Positions 29,266 through 39,131 of a stretch of 64,000 nucleotides of DNA are shown here, one piece after another. Numbering within the stretch: position 1 is the stretch's first letter; each line of letters opens with the position of its first letter. Source of the stretch: a virus (Duplodnaviria; Caudoviricetes); the IMG/VR virus record IMGVR_UViG_3300039189_000053, positions 2,012 to 66,011 of that record. The stretch is one strand, 5' to 3'. The translations under genes were made by a program, and so were the position numbers. The notes under the pieces are model-generated. The model was not told the origin of the DNA, searched no databases, and saw only the letters and a list, made by a program, of their open reading frames with translations.

Positions 29266-30510
29266 TCACTGGAGATTTGAGTCGAACTGCTTCTCAAACT
29301 CTTCGTCTGACATACCCAGTGGGCTGTAATCAGTCGGAGCCGTCGAAGCGGGTTTGGTTTTGGTCGAGCTGGCTGCCCGCTTTTTCTCTTTCAACTTGGC
29401 ATCCGGCTTTTTGCGGCGTGTGCGTCGGGTAACGGGCTTCTCTTCGGGTGGTTTGTTCTGGTCAGTCTTCTCAGACCCCAGATCGTTAAACGCACCTTCT
29501 TGAGCCAGCCGATCACCGATCTGCTTATAAGCCTCAATGTCGGAAACACCACTCAACTGACCAAGCGCCTGCAGTCGCCGTACCTCTGTGCTGACCCGTC
29601 CGTAAACGCCAGTGGCCATCTGGTCGTTCAGAACCTCCAGTACACGGGGGTTATTAGCAATGATCTGCTTACTAGCGTCATCCCACTTATTACTGACGAG
29701 ATCCACGGTCTGCTGGTATGTCGGCGTGTCCTGGAGCGAATCCAGCACCTCATCCAGTTCCATTTCACGATCGTCAACATTGTAAGTGTTTGGTCGATAG
29801 TCACTTTCTTGATCGGAGTCCAGATCCATTGGATCCACTCCGCTATCTTTCAGCAGCTTCTGGATCGCGCCTTTATCCCCACGGGACAGGTCGATCAGGT
29901 GGCTGAGCTTGGATTCTTCATTCAGACCGTGCTTGTCTAAGAGTTTCACGGTCTTCAAAGACGGCTTTAATGCAGCCATCTTCTTGTTGTAGTTGGCACC
30001 CATCTGCATCAAGCGACGAACTTCGTCCGCGTTCTTGACTTGCATCTCATGGCCATTGGCCTTGAAAGGTGCCATCAGTTTTTCGTATTCGGCTTTGTAA
30101 TCCACCGCGTCATCGGAATCCTTGTCGTCTTCCTGATCGTCAGTGTCTTCGTCCGCCTCGTCATCGAGCTCTTCATCAGAATCCGACTCCGCATCTTCAT
30201 CGGCGGTGTCATCTTCTTCTGTGTCTTCGTCGTCCGCTTCTTCGGATTCGTCCGCCTGACCCTGCGGGTCGGCGTCCTCATCGTCATCAGCGTCGGTGTC
30301 TTCTGTAACGGCTTCGTCACCGGCTGTTTCGTCGTCGGTGTCACCTTCATCAGTCACGTCGTCAGTTTCGTCTGACGCCTGGGACTCATCACCGGCACCC
30401 TCTTCCAACTCGTCAAAGTAGGAAGGGTCCAGATCTGCAAACGCATCGTCTGACATAATCAGAGCGTCCTCCTGGGACGCCTGCTCAGTGGTCGGGTCGT
30501 TTAGGCTCAT
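29266..30510 (-). CDS. N4 gp57-like acidic protein (probable scaffold)
   Basis: Long D/E-rich N-terminus; PFKANG...LMQMGANY; position between portal and MCP. Confidence 0.85.
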   Translation of the reverse strand: MSLNDPTTEQASQEDALIMSDDAFADLDPSYFDELEEGAGDESQASDETDDVTDEGDTDDETAGDEAVTEDTDADDDEDADPQGQADESEEADDEDTEEDDTADEDAESDSDEELDDEADEDTDDQEDDKDSDDAVDYKAEYEKLMAPFKANGHEMQVKNADEVRRLMQMGANYNKKMAALKPSLKTVKLLDKHGLNEESKLSHLIDLSRGDKGAIQKLLKDSGVDPMDLDSDQESDYRPNTYNVDDREMELDEVLDSLQDTPTYQQTVDLVSNKWDDASKQIIANNPRVLEVLNDQMATGVYGRVSTEVRRLQALGQLSGVSDIEAYKQIGDRLAQEGAFNDLGSEKTDQNKPPEEKPVTRRTRRKKPDAKLKEKKRAASSTKTKPASTAPTDYSPLGMSDEEFEKQFDSNLQ

Positions 30511-30848
30511 TCTTCAGACTCCTGCTCCAGCTCTGCACGCAACTCTTCGCATTCGTTCAATGCGTCCCGAGCGGCATCTGCTTTCTGCATGATCAAGTCC
30601 AGAAACGCCGTAAAGTTTCCGATGCTGTCGATCTGTTTCACGATTCGGGCCTGCATGTGTTCATCCTGCATATTGGAATCTGCTTTCAGATGAACAAGAC
30701 GTACCGCTTCTTGTTCCAGGTACTCTTTTTCAATGACCTTTTTGAAGTCTTTATTCTTTCTCAACTTCATCAAGGATGATTCAAGATCAATCATCTCTTG
30801 CAGGTCTTTCATGTTGGCTTCGATTTCGTGTATTTCGTGCTGGCTCAT
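30507..30848 (-). CDS. N4 gp58-like protein
   Basis: LRKNKDFKKVI..EYL..EAVRLV; gene order. Confidence 0.8.
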   Translation of the reverse strand: MSQHEIHEIEANMKDLQEMIDLESSLMKLRKNKDFKKVIEKEYLEQEAVRLVHLKADSNMQDEHMQARIVKQIDSIGNFTAFLDLIMQKADAARDALNECEELRAELEQESEE

Positions 30849-30933
30849 ATAAGTCCCATATCAGTGCTTTGAAGTTAATAGGTTTTGACTTAGAGCGACC
30901 TTAAACAAATAAAAATTATTTATCACAACTTTT

Positions 30934-33075
30934 TTAGTCTTCGGCCGCATTTAAGTATTTGCGAAGTTCTTTTTTACGTTCCGCACCTTCTTTCATTTGG
31001 AACTCTTCGCGCTTCATTTCCATTTGAGACTCAGCTTGTTCACCAATCTTTTGCAAATCTCTTGCTTGTGTAACACCGCTCTCTTGTTCAACGTAATCAA
31101 GATTCTTTTTATCGGTGTCACTGTTCTTATTTTCAGCCGTTGCACGATCTACTTCTGCCTCTGCATAATTCTCGACAATCTTCGACTCGATCTCTTCAAT
31201 CTCTTTTTCGAGCTTCATTACTTCGAGTTCTTTAATGCGCTGTTCCATTGGATCAGGCTTGGGTTCATAGTCCTGAAGCTTCTTGGCCAGCTTGTGCATT
31301 TTCCGCAGACGGGCCACATCAGACAGGATGATCTTTCGCATACCTGGGTCTTCGTTGGGCCCGAGGGTTTGCAGCATGAACGCCAGTTGCTGGGCCTTGT
31401 TGTCGTCTTCTTCGGCGGTGGAAATATCCAACTGCAGGTCGTAGTGACCAGCCAGCTTGTCCCGGTTGATCACGGTGAATTCGTCATCGGTAATGCGAAC
31501 CACTTCTTCTTCATCTAGGAACTCTGCGTTCATGGACATAATCTTGCGGCCGATTTTGCACAGCCCGCTGGACAACCGACGCAGAATGCCCAACTCCCGT
31601 TTAGAGGCAGCGTCGAGAGCGCCTCGCACGCCGGCCGCTACATCACCCAATCCCTGGCCAGACACGCCCTGACTGTAGGAACGCACGCCTGTGAGCGACT
31701 CAGCCTCTTGATTCTGAGACTGCATCATCAACATGGCCGAATTGGGGATCTCCGGGAAGGTGTGCATGTACATCGCCTGGCGGGGATCAACGTGAGCGTT
31801 GTATTCATAGTGCTCACCGTTGCGCCAACGACGGCGGTTTACAGCGTCCAGAGCGTCTTTACGCATACCCATCTGGCCGTTGGCAGAGCGACCCATAATG
31901 TCGATCATGCCGCGCAGAGTGGCACCCATCACTTTCTGATTGTCGTCCAGCAGCGCACCGTCCGGTTCACCGTGAATGGATCGACGCTTTGGTAGGTAAG
32001 GTATAGTAACGAAAGGTATTTTCTTGTCGGGGAATGGGTTCTCTTCCATCCGGATCAGGGTGTCGCCTACCCATGCAGCTACAATAGGATTAACAACACC
32101 AGAACCATCAATATCCCAATATCCCCAGTATTCATAAACGACAACCTTCTTACGGGCTTCGTCAGAAAAAGTGAAATTTGTAGAATTTTCCGTTCCATGA
32201 TCAGGCTCCGCGAGCGGTGAACTGTTGTTGACGTTGATTTGCTTCAGGTTGGAATACTTCGGGTCTTTCTCCAGCTCTGCCATCGAAGATTCAAAATTGA
32301 AAACCACAAAGCTGGCTTTGTCGATATTGCCTTTACAGGTGGGATCAATAATGACGTTGCGGTAGTCGCACACTTCAACCGTTGGGCGGTTGATCAATGT
32401 CCGGGATTTCATCTGCGTTTCGCCTTCGATCATTACCGGGACGTGGGGTATCCCTGTTTCTTTGGTAATGTCGTGCGCGTCACGCAACTCTTCTGGCACC
32501 TCGGCGTAATACTCGGCCGGGTTGCGCCCGTAGATCTCAGCAATCTCCTGGTGGAGCTGCATCGACTCGGGCGCTTCTTCAAACTCAAAGACTGGCGCTT
32601 CGTATTCTTCTTCGTCGAACTCCCATCCGACCTTACAGATGATCGTGCCTTCGTCGACACCGGTGCGGACGTACTCATCAATAAACGCGACTTTATCAAT
32701 GTCGAAATTAAATTGACTGTTCAAAACCGTTTGGTTTTGAATAGCCCCTTCTTTATCGGCCCAAGTCACAGGCTTGGCGGTAAATAAATCGTCGGTACTT
32801 AAAAACGGTTCCGACAATGCGGCGTAACGCCATTCCGCTTGTTTGCGGATAAGTTTGGGAACCATACGTGAACGGCCCTTTGGGGCATTCACTTTGGCTG
32901 ACCCTGTGACATACAGATTATCGAGATACTCGTTAACCCTACTTATCTGATCCTGATGATCAGTATGGGCTTCTGTAATGTCTTTCTTTAAATCGCGAAC
33001 GGATGGTTCTTGTTTCCATTTCGTAAGCGGTTTATTGGTTGCGTCCATATCAAGACTTTGTTCAGTTTGTTCCAT
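30934..33075 (-). CDS. Portal protein (N4 gp59-like)
   Basis: PKLIRKQAEWRY.ALSEPFL, VVYEYWG and RGALDAASKRE. Confidence 0.95.
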   Translation of the reverse strand: MEQTEQSLDMDATNKPLTKWKQEPSVRDLKKDITEAHTDHQDQISRVNEYLDNLYVTGSAKVNAPKGRSRMVPKLIRKQAEWRYAALSEPFLSTDDLFTAKPVTWADKEGAIQNQTVLNSQFNFDIDKVAFIDEYVRTGVDEGTIICKVGWEFDEEEYEAPVFEFEEAPESMQLHQEIAEIYGRNPAEYYAEVPEELRDAHDITKETGIPHVPVMIEGETQMKSRTLINRPTVEVCDYRNVIIDPTCKGNIDKASFVVFNFESSMAELEKDPKYSNLKQINVNNSSPLAEPDHGTENSTNFTFSDEARKKVVVYEYWGYWDIDGSGVVNPIVAAWVGDTLIRMEENPFPDKKIPFVTIPYLPKRRSIHGEPDGALLDDNQKVMGATLRGMIDIMGRSANGQMGMRKDALDAVNRRRWRNGEHYEYNAHVDPRQAMYMHTFPEIPNSAMLMMQSQNQEAESLTGVRSYSQGVSGQGLGDVAAGVRGALDAASKRELGILRRLSSGLCKIGRKIMSMNAEFLDEEEVVRITDDEFTVINRDKLAGHYDLQLDISTAEEDDNKAQQLAFMLQTLGPNEDPGMRKIILSDVARLRKMHKLAKKLQDYEPKPDPMEQRIKELEVMKLEKEIEEIESKIVENYAEAEVDRATAENKNSDTDKKNLDYVEQESGVTQARDLQKIGEQAESQMEMKREEFQMKEGAERKKELRKYLNAAED

Positions 33076-33140
33076 AAGTCTTTAACCCCGGTCATGTATA
33101 ATTGAATACATGGTATTTAAATAAAATCAGGAGTGCAGGA

Positions 33141-33569
33141 ATGAATATCAAACCAATCCACAAAGACTTTATTTGTCCCACCCGTGGTACCGATAAATCC
33201 GGTGCATACGACTTATTTATGCCCGAAGCGGGTTATATCGAACCTCAAGCCGATGCAGGTAAGATGATTGGTTTAGGTTTTGCCGCGGCTATTCCGGAAG
33301 GGTATGTCGCCAAGATCTATCCAAGATCCGGTAAAGGCGTGAAGAACGGACTGGCCCTTAACAACACGGTCGGCATTATTGATGCTGACTACCGTGGTGA
33401 ATGGATGGCGTGTCTGCGAATCCATAACGGTGTGGGTCTGTCCTGGGAAGCCGGCGAACGCTTGCTTCAATACGTCATTGTCAAAGCTGAGCAGTTTGAT
33501 CCCGTTGTCGTTGACACGCTCGATGACACGGAACGCGGTGACGGCGGGTTTGGGAGCACAGGCGTATGA
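33141..33569 (+). CDS. dut: Trimeric dUTPase
   Basis: GAYDL, PRSG, GIIDADYRGE and RGDGGFGSTG motifs. Confidence 0.95.
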   Translation: MNIKPIHKDFICPTRGTDKSGAYDLFMPEAGYIEPQADAGKMIGLGFAAAIPEGYVAKIYPRSGKGVKNGLALNNTVGIIDADYRGEWMACLRIHNGVGLSWEAGERLLQYVIVKAEQFDPVVVDTLDDTERGDGGFGSTGV

Positions 33570-33718
33570 GCTTCAAGAACTATCACAGTAATCCCGTAAC
33601 CCGTCAGGCGCATGAAATACAAAAAGGCAATGTCATCACATCACTCGCTTTTGGCGACTTTGAGACTGTTATCGCTAACGACAAGAACGGTGGCCGTAAA
33701 CTGGTTACCAAACTGTAA
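33566..33718 (+). CDS. Small hypothetical protein (50 aa)
   Basis: ATGA-coupled to dut; followed by hairpin GGCCCC-GTAA-GGGGCC. Confidence 0.5.
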   Translation: MSFKNYHSNPVTRQAHEIQKGNVITSLAFGDFETVIANDKNGGRKLVTKL

Positions 33719-33749
33719 AGGAGAGGCCCCGTAAGGGGCCGTTCCCGTT

Positions 33750-34388
33750 TTACACCCAACCTGCCGAATGAAACGTGTCTTCGTTGTCATATCGGTCCAG
33801 ATCGTAATTCTGAGTTTCCAATAGGCGACACGCTTGCTCGTACTTAGATGCGTAGTTGTTCCCTTCGTGTATCCCGTCTGTTGCACCCATCGGATTCAAG
33901 AATCGACTGGCAATAAACAGACTCAACGCCTCGGCGTACATTGGCGGCAAATCAATCTGAATGTTATCCGGGTATTTGTACCCATCCGTCTTTGTGAGCT
34001 TGGTCGGTCCCGCACGGTAAGTCACCACAAGTGTTATCGGGTCCATATTGACCGGCGTTTTCAGCGTTGTCAGGTTCTTACGCATCAAGGATTCTGGCTC
34101 GTCCTCTACATCAAGCAACAACTCATCGTCTTTAATGGTTTTCACCTGCTCAATCCGCAGAACGTCAGCGTTTTGCAGTGGATAGGTGTAGACACCCTCT
34201 ACCATATTGATAATTTCGGTACCTTCCTTCAGAAAGAACCGGTTGTACAGCAGTTGCAGACCCAGGTTCAGTTGGGGAATCAGTTTCATGCGCGATGCCT
34301 GGTCAATTTCCTGGGTATCCGCGTCAAAGTCGAACAGATTCGAGAGCTCTGAACCAGAAAGCTGGTTGATTAGGTCGGTTAACGTCAT
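33750..34388 (-). CDS. Head-tail adaptor (N4 gp67-like)
   Basis: L.GSELSN, NLGL.LLY.RF and NNYASKYEQAC; ends GWV. Confidence 0.85.
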   Translation of the reverse strand: MTLTDLINQLSGSELSNLFDFDADTQEIDQASRMKLIPQLNLGLQLLYNRFFLKEGTEIINMVEGVYTYPLQNADVLRIEQVKTIKDDELLLDVEDEPESLMRKNLTTLKTPVNMDPITLVVTYRAGPTKLTKTDGYKYPDNIQIDLPPMYAEALSLFIASRFLNPMGATDGIHEGNNYASKYEQACRLLETQNYDLDRYDNEDTFHSAGWV

Positions 34389-34400
34389 AGTGCTGCCTCT

Positions 34401-36014
34401 TTAAACAATGTATGAGCCCATCGGGTCGTCGTCGTCGTACTCTTCTTCTTCCATTTCCCACAGGCCGGTACCGTCATCCGGCATAACCTCGGCACTTTCC
34501 GAAGGTTTCCAGGCCTTCATAAGAGGCAACTGACTGATTGTGTCCAGGAAGTCGTCGTGCTTGGACCGGAATCCCGATACCGCGGCAAGGGAAATCTCAT
34601 TCAGGAACTCTTTAATAGGCCCAGTAGTCTTGGCCTCTATCGGGAAGTACATTTTCCCAGATTTGAACAGCGGCTGAACCACGTTAAAACGTTCCAGCTT
34701 GTTGGTGGCCGGCCGTAACCCGGGCTGTCCGGAGTTATTCTCACTGGTCAGTGTGAAATACTGGTTCCGAACCATCATTTGATCTTGAATCCAGGGTATG
34801 AAACCGCCCTGCTGGCCGCTGACTTCGATGCCCACACCTTGCGGCTTGTACATTTGGGCAAACCTGAACAGGTCATTGATATTCTGATCCATCAACTGAC
34901 GCTTACAGATCCCGTCCACCCAGAACCAATCCCCTACGTTGTTGTAGGCCCACACGCTTATAACGCTGTAGTCACTGGATTCTTTTTGACTGGTGGCAAA
35001 GTCGGTGGTGATGTAGAAGTTGAACAGTGCTTTGTTATCCAGCACGTTCCGGATCTTGTACCAGCGGATCTCATTGTCCTGAACCAGACGGTCTTCGTCA
35101 GACATAATCCGCAGCATCAATTCCTGGTTAAAGGTTTCGATCTTGCCCAGCATGATGGCACGGTCGTACTGCTGTTTGACGTACTCATAGGGAAACCGGT
35201 CTGGCCAGGAACCACGAAACTCTTCTTTGGTACAGGGAAACTGCTCGCATACCGGGAACACGTTGACCGCCCAGGCCCCGGACTCGACTGCCTTGTACAG
35301 TGGATCTTTCGCGTTAAACGGAGTACCCGACCAGATCATCATGTTCTTCTTCGGATGTAGCGCGTATTCCACCGCCTTATAAACCGTGTCTTCCACAGCG
35401 GCGATGACGGTCGCGGAGCGGGCGTCTTCGTCCGAAATCAAGTCGTCCATGACCGCCAACTGCGGGCGTTTACCCATTTCTTTCGCACCACGGACACCGG
35501 TCTTGGCGCCATAGCCTTTGACGATAAAGATTTTGCCGTCTGCGTTGTGGAACTCCCAACGAATGTCGGTGAACTTGGCCACGGGAATGTACTTCTGCAG
35601 AAACTCCGAATCGTGCCAGCGGAACTCCAGGTTCTTCCGCATGTTCTTCACACCGTTCTCAATGGAGTCCGACACATACAGAGACAGATCCACCACACCA
35701 AAGCTGGGCAGCTCGCCATAGCAGGCGATGTACAGAAACAGGTACTCACCCATTACGGTGGTTTTCGCAATACCCCGGTGACACAGGTTAGCAATGCGCC
35801 GGCCACCATCTGCGATGGTGTCCAGCATGTAGTAGTGAACCAGCGGCGTCAGGTTCTCTTCCCCGGCACCACCGTTCACCAGCTTGATAAACGTCACAAA
35901 CTCCAGGGCAAAACCACTGGGCACGTAATTGGGGTCTACCTGGTAGTCACACGCATTCAGGTAGTCATCGACCCCAATGACCTCCCGCATCACCTCATCG
36001 ACGGCATCCCTCAT
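34401..36014 (-). CDS. terL: Terminase large subunit (N4 gp68-like)
   Basis: HRGIAKTT, AVMDD, SGTPFN, TTDFATS and HDDFLD. Confidence 0.95.
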   Translation of the reverse strand: MRDAVDEVMREVIGVDDYLNACDYQVDPNYVPSGFALEFVTFIKLVNGGAGEENLTPLVHYYMLDTIADGGRRIANLCHRGIAKTTVMGEYLFLYIACYGELPSFGVVDLSLYVSDSIENGVKNMRKNLEFRWHDSEFLQKYIPVAKFTDIRWEFHNADGKIFIVKGYGAKTGVRGAKEMGKRPQLAVMDDLISDEDARSATVIAAVEDTVYKAVEYALHPKKNMMIWSGTPFNAKDPLYKAVESGAWAVNVFPVCEQFPCTKEEFRGSWPDRFPYEYVKQQYDRAIMLGKIETFNQELMLRIMSDEDRLVQDNEIRWYKIRNVLDNKALFNFYITTDFATSQKESSDYSVISVWAYNNVGDWFWVDGICKRQLMDQNINDLFRFAQMYKPQGVGIEVSGQQGGFIPWIQDQMMVRNQYFTLTSENNSGQPGLRPATNKLERFNVVQPLFKSGKMYFPIEAKTTGPIKEFLNEISLAAVSGFRSKHDDFLDTISQLPLMKAWKPSESAEVMPDDGTGLWEMEEEEYDDDDPMGSYIV

Positions 36015-36256
36015 GCGCCCATACCAAAGTATTTAATCTGAGCATTGGGCGCTTCATTGGCCAGGATCATGATCAACTCACGGTTGCCGGCCACCTGATA
36101 AGGCACATGGATCGTTGATGGTTTCTCCCCACGGAACGCCACCCGCAGCCGGGTAAGGTCTACGCCCTTATCAACGCCATGCAGGTACAGATTCTCCCGG
36201 CGCATATTCCCGGAAGGAAAGTCCAGATACAGGTATTCCTTGTTCTTTGCGCTCAT
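36011..36256 (-). CDS. Hypothetical protein inserted between the gp69-like gene and terL
   Basis: ATGA overlaps on both sides. Confidence 0.65.
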   Translation of the reverse strand: MSAKNKEYLYLDFPSGNMRRENLYLHGVDKGVDLTRLRVAFRGEKPSTIHVPYQVAGNRELIMILANEAPNAQIKYFGMGA

Positions 36257-36945
36257 ACTTGATCCCCGCTGTCGTTGTCGTACACCACTTTGCTGTGGGC
36301 CACTTCTTGAGCATTCATTGAGCCGGACTGCACATTCAGCTTCTGTTGGGCAACCAGTTCTTGTGTGGCTTGACGCAAATCGGAAATAACACTGGACTCT
36401 TCCATGCCCATAGAGAGCTCGAGCTTCTGGGTTTCCGGCTGCTTGAGATGCGTCAGAATGGAGTTGGCGGCCTGCATACGGACCATTTCACTTCTGGCCC
36501 CGTTCATCAGTTCCACTTGGGTATTGATCGCTTCCTGGAAGTGGTCCTGGTTCAGCAACCACGTCGGCACAATCGCCTGTTCCATAATCAACGTGACCAG
36601 CTTGGTCTTGTTGTAGGCGGTGATGTAACTGGCCTGATCTTTAGGAGCGACACCACGCACAGCCCAATCCTGCATCTTGTCGGGGAACGATGCGCCATAC
36701 GCATCCTTCATGGTCTTCCCCATTAAACGCTGGCTCACGTACTTCACAGCGTCGATGTAACTCGACAGCTTGAACTTCCCTTCTTTCATGATCTGGGTGT
36801 AGCTGAGCAGGTTCTCCCGATACATTTCTTGCATATCAGGATCAGCCAATAACGCATTCATCTTATCGACCAGGGGCTGATCAACAGATTTACGAATACC
36901 GGCAGGTAATGCAGACTTGAATTGATCGACTGTGAAATCGCTCAT
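36253..36945 (-). CDS. N4 gp69-like protein (probable terminase small subunit)
   Basis: YIDAVKYVS and SEMVRMQAANSILTHLK; GAGGA RBS before ATG 36945. Confidence 0.85.
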   Translation of the reverse strand: MSDFTVDQFKSALPAGIRKSVDQPLVDKMNALLADPDMQEMYRENLLSYTQIMKEGKFKLSSYIDAVKYVSQRLMGKTMKDAYGASFPDKMQDWAVRGVAPKDQASYITAYNKTKLVTLIMEQAIVPTWLLNQDHFQEAINTQVELMNGARSEMVRMQAANSILTHLKQPETQKLELSMGMEESSVISDLRQATQELVAQQKLNVQSGSMNAQEVAHSKVVYDNDSGDQV

Positions 36946-37073
36946 GTGTTCCTCGATAAATAATTCAACTATCGACGGACTATAAGCAACACAGTTATTT
37001 ATTGCAGAGAAAAAAGAGCCCCACAAACAGTGAGGCTAAAATCAGTTCCATGGCAAGGAACTAAACCAATATA

Positions 37074-37529
37074 TCAGAGCCACTCAGGAAAGTAAGAACG
37101 AATATCCAATGTCCAGGCGTTGTAACAGTCCATAAGTTCCATTACTTGTCGGAACGCTTCTCTTGAACTGGTTACTGTGTTTGTCATTTTGCCCTGACGA
37201 TTCTGATAGATACCAAAGCCCAAACCAACAGCAATGCAGCCTTCCACGTCACCCGGCCAGTTACCAGGATGGATCATGATGTACTCACGGTTATGTACAT
37301 CAATCACTTCCCAGCCTTCTGTAAACTCACCGGCACTGGTTGTACGCACAACCGGTGAATGACGTTGCTCTAAATAATAAACACCAGTAGGAATACAAGA
37401 CTTGAATGGTTTGTTATTCAGCCAAGGTTTCTCAACGGTATAAAACGTTTCACCTGTAGGAAAGATTAAACGACCGAACACACCGTCAGGTAACCAGGCA
37501 AAACGTTCAAGAATTAAGTTGTTACTCAT
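37074..37529 (-). CDS. DUF5675-like protein, candidate endolysin
   Basis: GRL...YTVE.PW..N...SCIP.G.Y...IMIHPGN...EGCIAVG. Confidence 0.75.
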   Translation of the reverse strand: MSNNLILERFAWLPDGVFGRLIFPTGETFYTVEKPWLNNKPFKSCIPTGVYYLEQRHSPVVRTTSAGEFTEGWEVIDVHNREYIMIHPGNWPGDVEGCIAVGLGFGIYQNRQGKMTNTVTSSREAFRQVMELMDCYNAWTLDIRSYFPEWL

Positions 37530-37931
37530 TACAGCCCCTACATTAGAAATGGTTGAAGCCTTTTAAGTAACAAACTTAAAATATTATTTCAGAAGTAAAT
37601 ATGGAATCGCATATAGTCAAAATTATGCTGGTCATTTTTTGAACACTATATAGAGGGGGTAATAATTGGGTACGAGTTCATATCTGACAGGCAGGGAACG
37701 AAAAAACGAAAGGCCCCCCCGGGTAGGTTCGTTGATATACGAGTGACGGGTAGGCCCTGTCTAACTGGGGGGGGGGTGATCGACGAGCTACACGATAGTC
37801 GAGTGGGATTGCAGCAGCAACACACCAACACAGCAACAACACTGAGCATCAGACCAACACACCACGAGCATAGCGAGTGAGTGAGGCGAGAAAGAAAGAC
37901 CTTCAGGCGAAGCATATACAAATCACAGGTC

Positions 37932-37953
37932 GTGCGTTTCACGCACTCTGTGA
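37932..37953 (+). promoter_or_regulatory. Class B hairpin motif (stem-TTC-stem-TCTGTGA)
   Basis: GTGCGT-TTC-ACGCAC-TCTGTGA; related copies at 4420, 8859, 43625, 46311 and 56389. Confidence 0.6.
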
Positions 37954-37994
37954 GTCTCTATAGGTATTAGGACGCTTTCACAGGAGTACACCGT

Positions 37995-38246
37995 ATGACA
38001 ACGACCAACACACCAACACCCAAGCTATGGCCCATCGTGGGCATCAATATGTACGAGCTACCATTCCCTGAGATGGTCGAGCAGTTCAAGCACGCAGTGA
38101 ATGACAGTGAGTATCCTGAGCATCTCTATAAGGGACAGGTGAAGCAGGAGTCTCAATCTACCTATAATCAATCTAATCAATCTAATGTTTCATCCCATTC
38201 CGATACACCAACAGTAGTAGCACTCCATCCGATACGTGACCGATAG
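37995..38246 (+). CDS. Early hypothetical protein
   Basis: RBS AGGAG; first ORF after the strand switch. Confidence 0.6.
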   Translation: MTTTNTPTPKLWPIVGINMYELPFPEMVEQFKHAVNDSEYPEHLYKGQVKQESQSTYNQSNQSNVSSHSDTPTVVALHPIRDR

Positions 38247-38260
38247 GCTAACTACTTCAC

Positions 38261-38276
38261 CAGCTCTGCTGTTGAG
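38261..38276 (+). promoter_or_regulatory. vRNAP-type hairpin promoter (class A)
   Basis: CAGC-TCT-GCTG-TTGAG. Confidence 0.7.
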
Positions 38277-38306
38277 TTGGAATCAATTCAACTTCGGAGT
38301 AATCCT

Positions 38307-38462
38307 ATGAGTATGCCAATCAACTCAAACCTGCTCGTCAACAGCTCTGAATCAGACGCGCTTGTTGAGTATGTACCAGCCTCAAACCTCCAAGGTGAGG
38401 TTGTGTGGATTGACCTACGGATCTCAGAGTCTATCGACTTTGAACTGACCCTCCCATTCTGA
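38307..38462 (+). CDS. Early hypothetical protein
   Basis: GGAG RBS; lies between a hairpin promoter and a terminator. Confidence 0.65.
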   Translation: MSMPINSNLLVNSSESDALVEYVPASNLQGEVVWIDLRISESIDFELTLPF

Positions 38463-38486
38463 ACCCTTCGGGGTTCAGTGTTTTTT
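38459..38486 (+). terminator. Intrinsic terminator (TTCG loop)
   Basis: CTGAACCC-TTCG-GGGTTCAG followed by a T tract. Confidence 0.85.
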
Positions 38487-38489
38487 CAT

Positions 38490-38506
38490 ACGGCTTTGCC
38501 GTTGAG
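38490..38506 (+). promoter_or_regulatory. vRNAP-type hairpin promoter (class A)
   Basis: ACGGC-TTT-GCCGT-TGAG. Confidence 0.7.
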
Positions 38507-38535
38507 ACAGAGTCAATTCAACTCAGGAGTCCGTT

Positions 38536-38760
38536 ATGTCACGTCGTAAAATCAAGCAGTGTGCTGTTCTTGAAAAGAACAGTACCTTCATCGTAGGTGT
38601 GAACCTTAAAACATCTCAGGGTGCATTCAAGCATCACGTTGTCTTCGCCAACTTTGAAGCTGCTGCACAGATGTGTCGTGCAGTTGCTGCCAAAGAGTGG
38701 GTCAACCTTGACCACTGGCAAGCATTCAATCGCGATGGCTGGAAAGCTCATCGTGTCTGA
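38536..38760 (+). CDS. Early hypothetical protein
   Basis: AGGAG RBS. Confidence 0.7.
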   Translation: MSRRKIKQCAVLEKNSTFIVGVNLKTSQGAFKHHVVFANFEAAAQMCRAVAAKEWVNLDHWQAFNRDGWKAHRV

Positions 38761-38811
38761 CCGTTCGCTTGGCTGCATTCGCAGCCAGGCTCTCTATCTT
38801 GGAGTATCCGT

Positions 38812-39021
38812 ATGAAACTGATCTACAAAACCAGAGCAACCAAGCGTGCTCGCTTTGGTCTGTTCCTCGCTCACTGGTGTGGCCTGCTCGACAGCCTCAT
38901 CGGTATCTTCACCTTTGGCATTATCAACGCACGCTTTCGCACTGCGTATCTCAGCAGTGACCTCTCTGAGCGTGTTGAGCAACTGCCAGCACCAAAGCCA
39001 CTCAGGCTTGGGAGTAAATAA
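38812..39021 (+). CDS. Early hypothetical protein with a hydrophobic segment
   Basis: GGAG RBS. Confidence 0.7.
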   Translation: MKLIYKTRATKRARFGLFLAHWCGLLDSLIGIFTFGIINARFRTAYLSSDLSERVEQLPAPKPLRLGSK

Positions 39022-39032
39022 GACAAACCACT

Positions 39033-39059
39033 AGGCACCTTCGGGTGCCTTTTCTTTTT
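39033..39059 (+). terminator. Intrinsic terminator (TTCG loop)
   Basis: AGGCACC-TTCG-GGTGCCT-TTTCTTTTT. Confidence 0.85.
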
Positions 39060-39073
39060 CAACTACCAACACA

Positions 39074-39091
39074 AACGGCTCTGCCGTTGAA
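39074..39091 (+). promoter_or_regulatory. vRNAP-type hairpin promoter (class A)
   Basis: AACGGC-TCT-GCCGTT-GAA. Confidence 0.7.
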
Positions 39092-39131
39092 GGGACTGCA
39101 TTGGGGCAGTTCACAACTGTGGAGAAAACCT

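Noticed and set aside
30100-30420. Repetitive TCGTC/TCATC-rich DNA
   Set aside because: Explained by the Asp/Glu-rich N-terminus of the gp57-like protein.
38155-38186. Short TCAATCTA repeats
   Set aside because: Only three short copies inside an ORF tail; not an array or a convincing iteron set.
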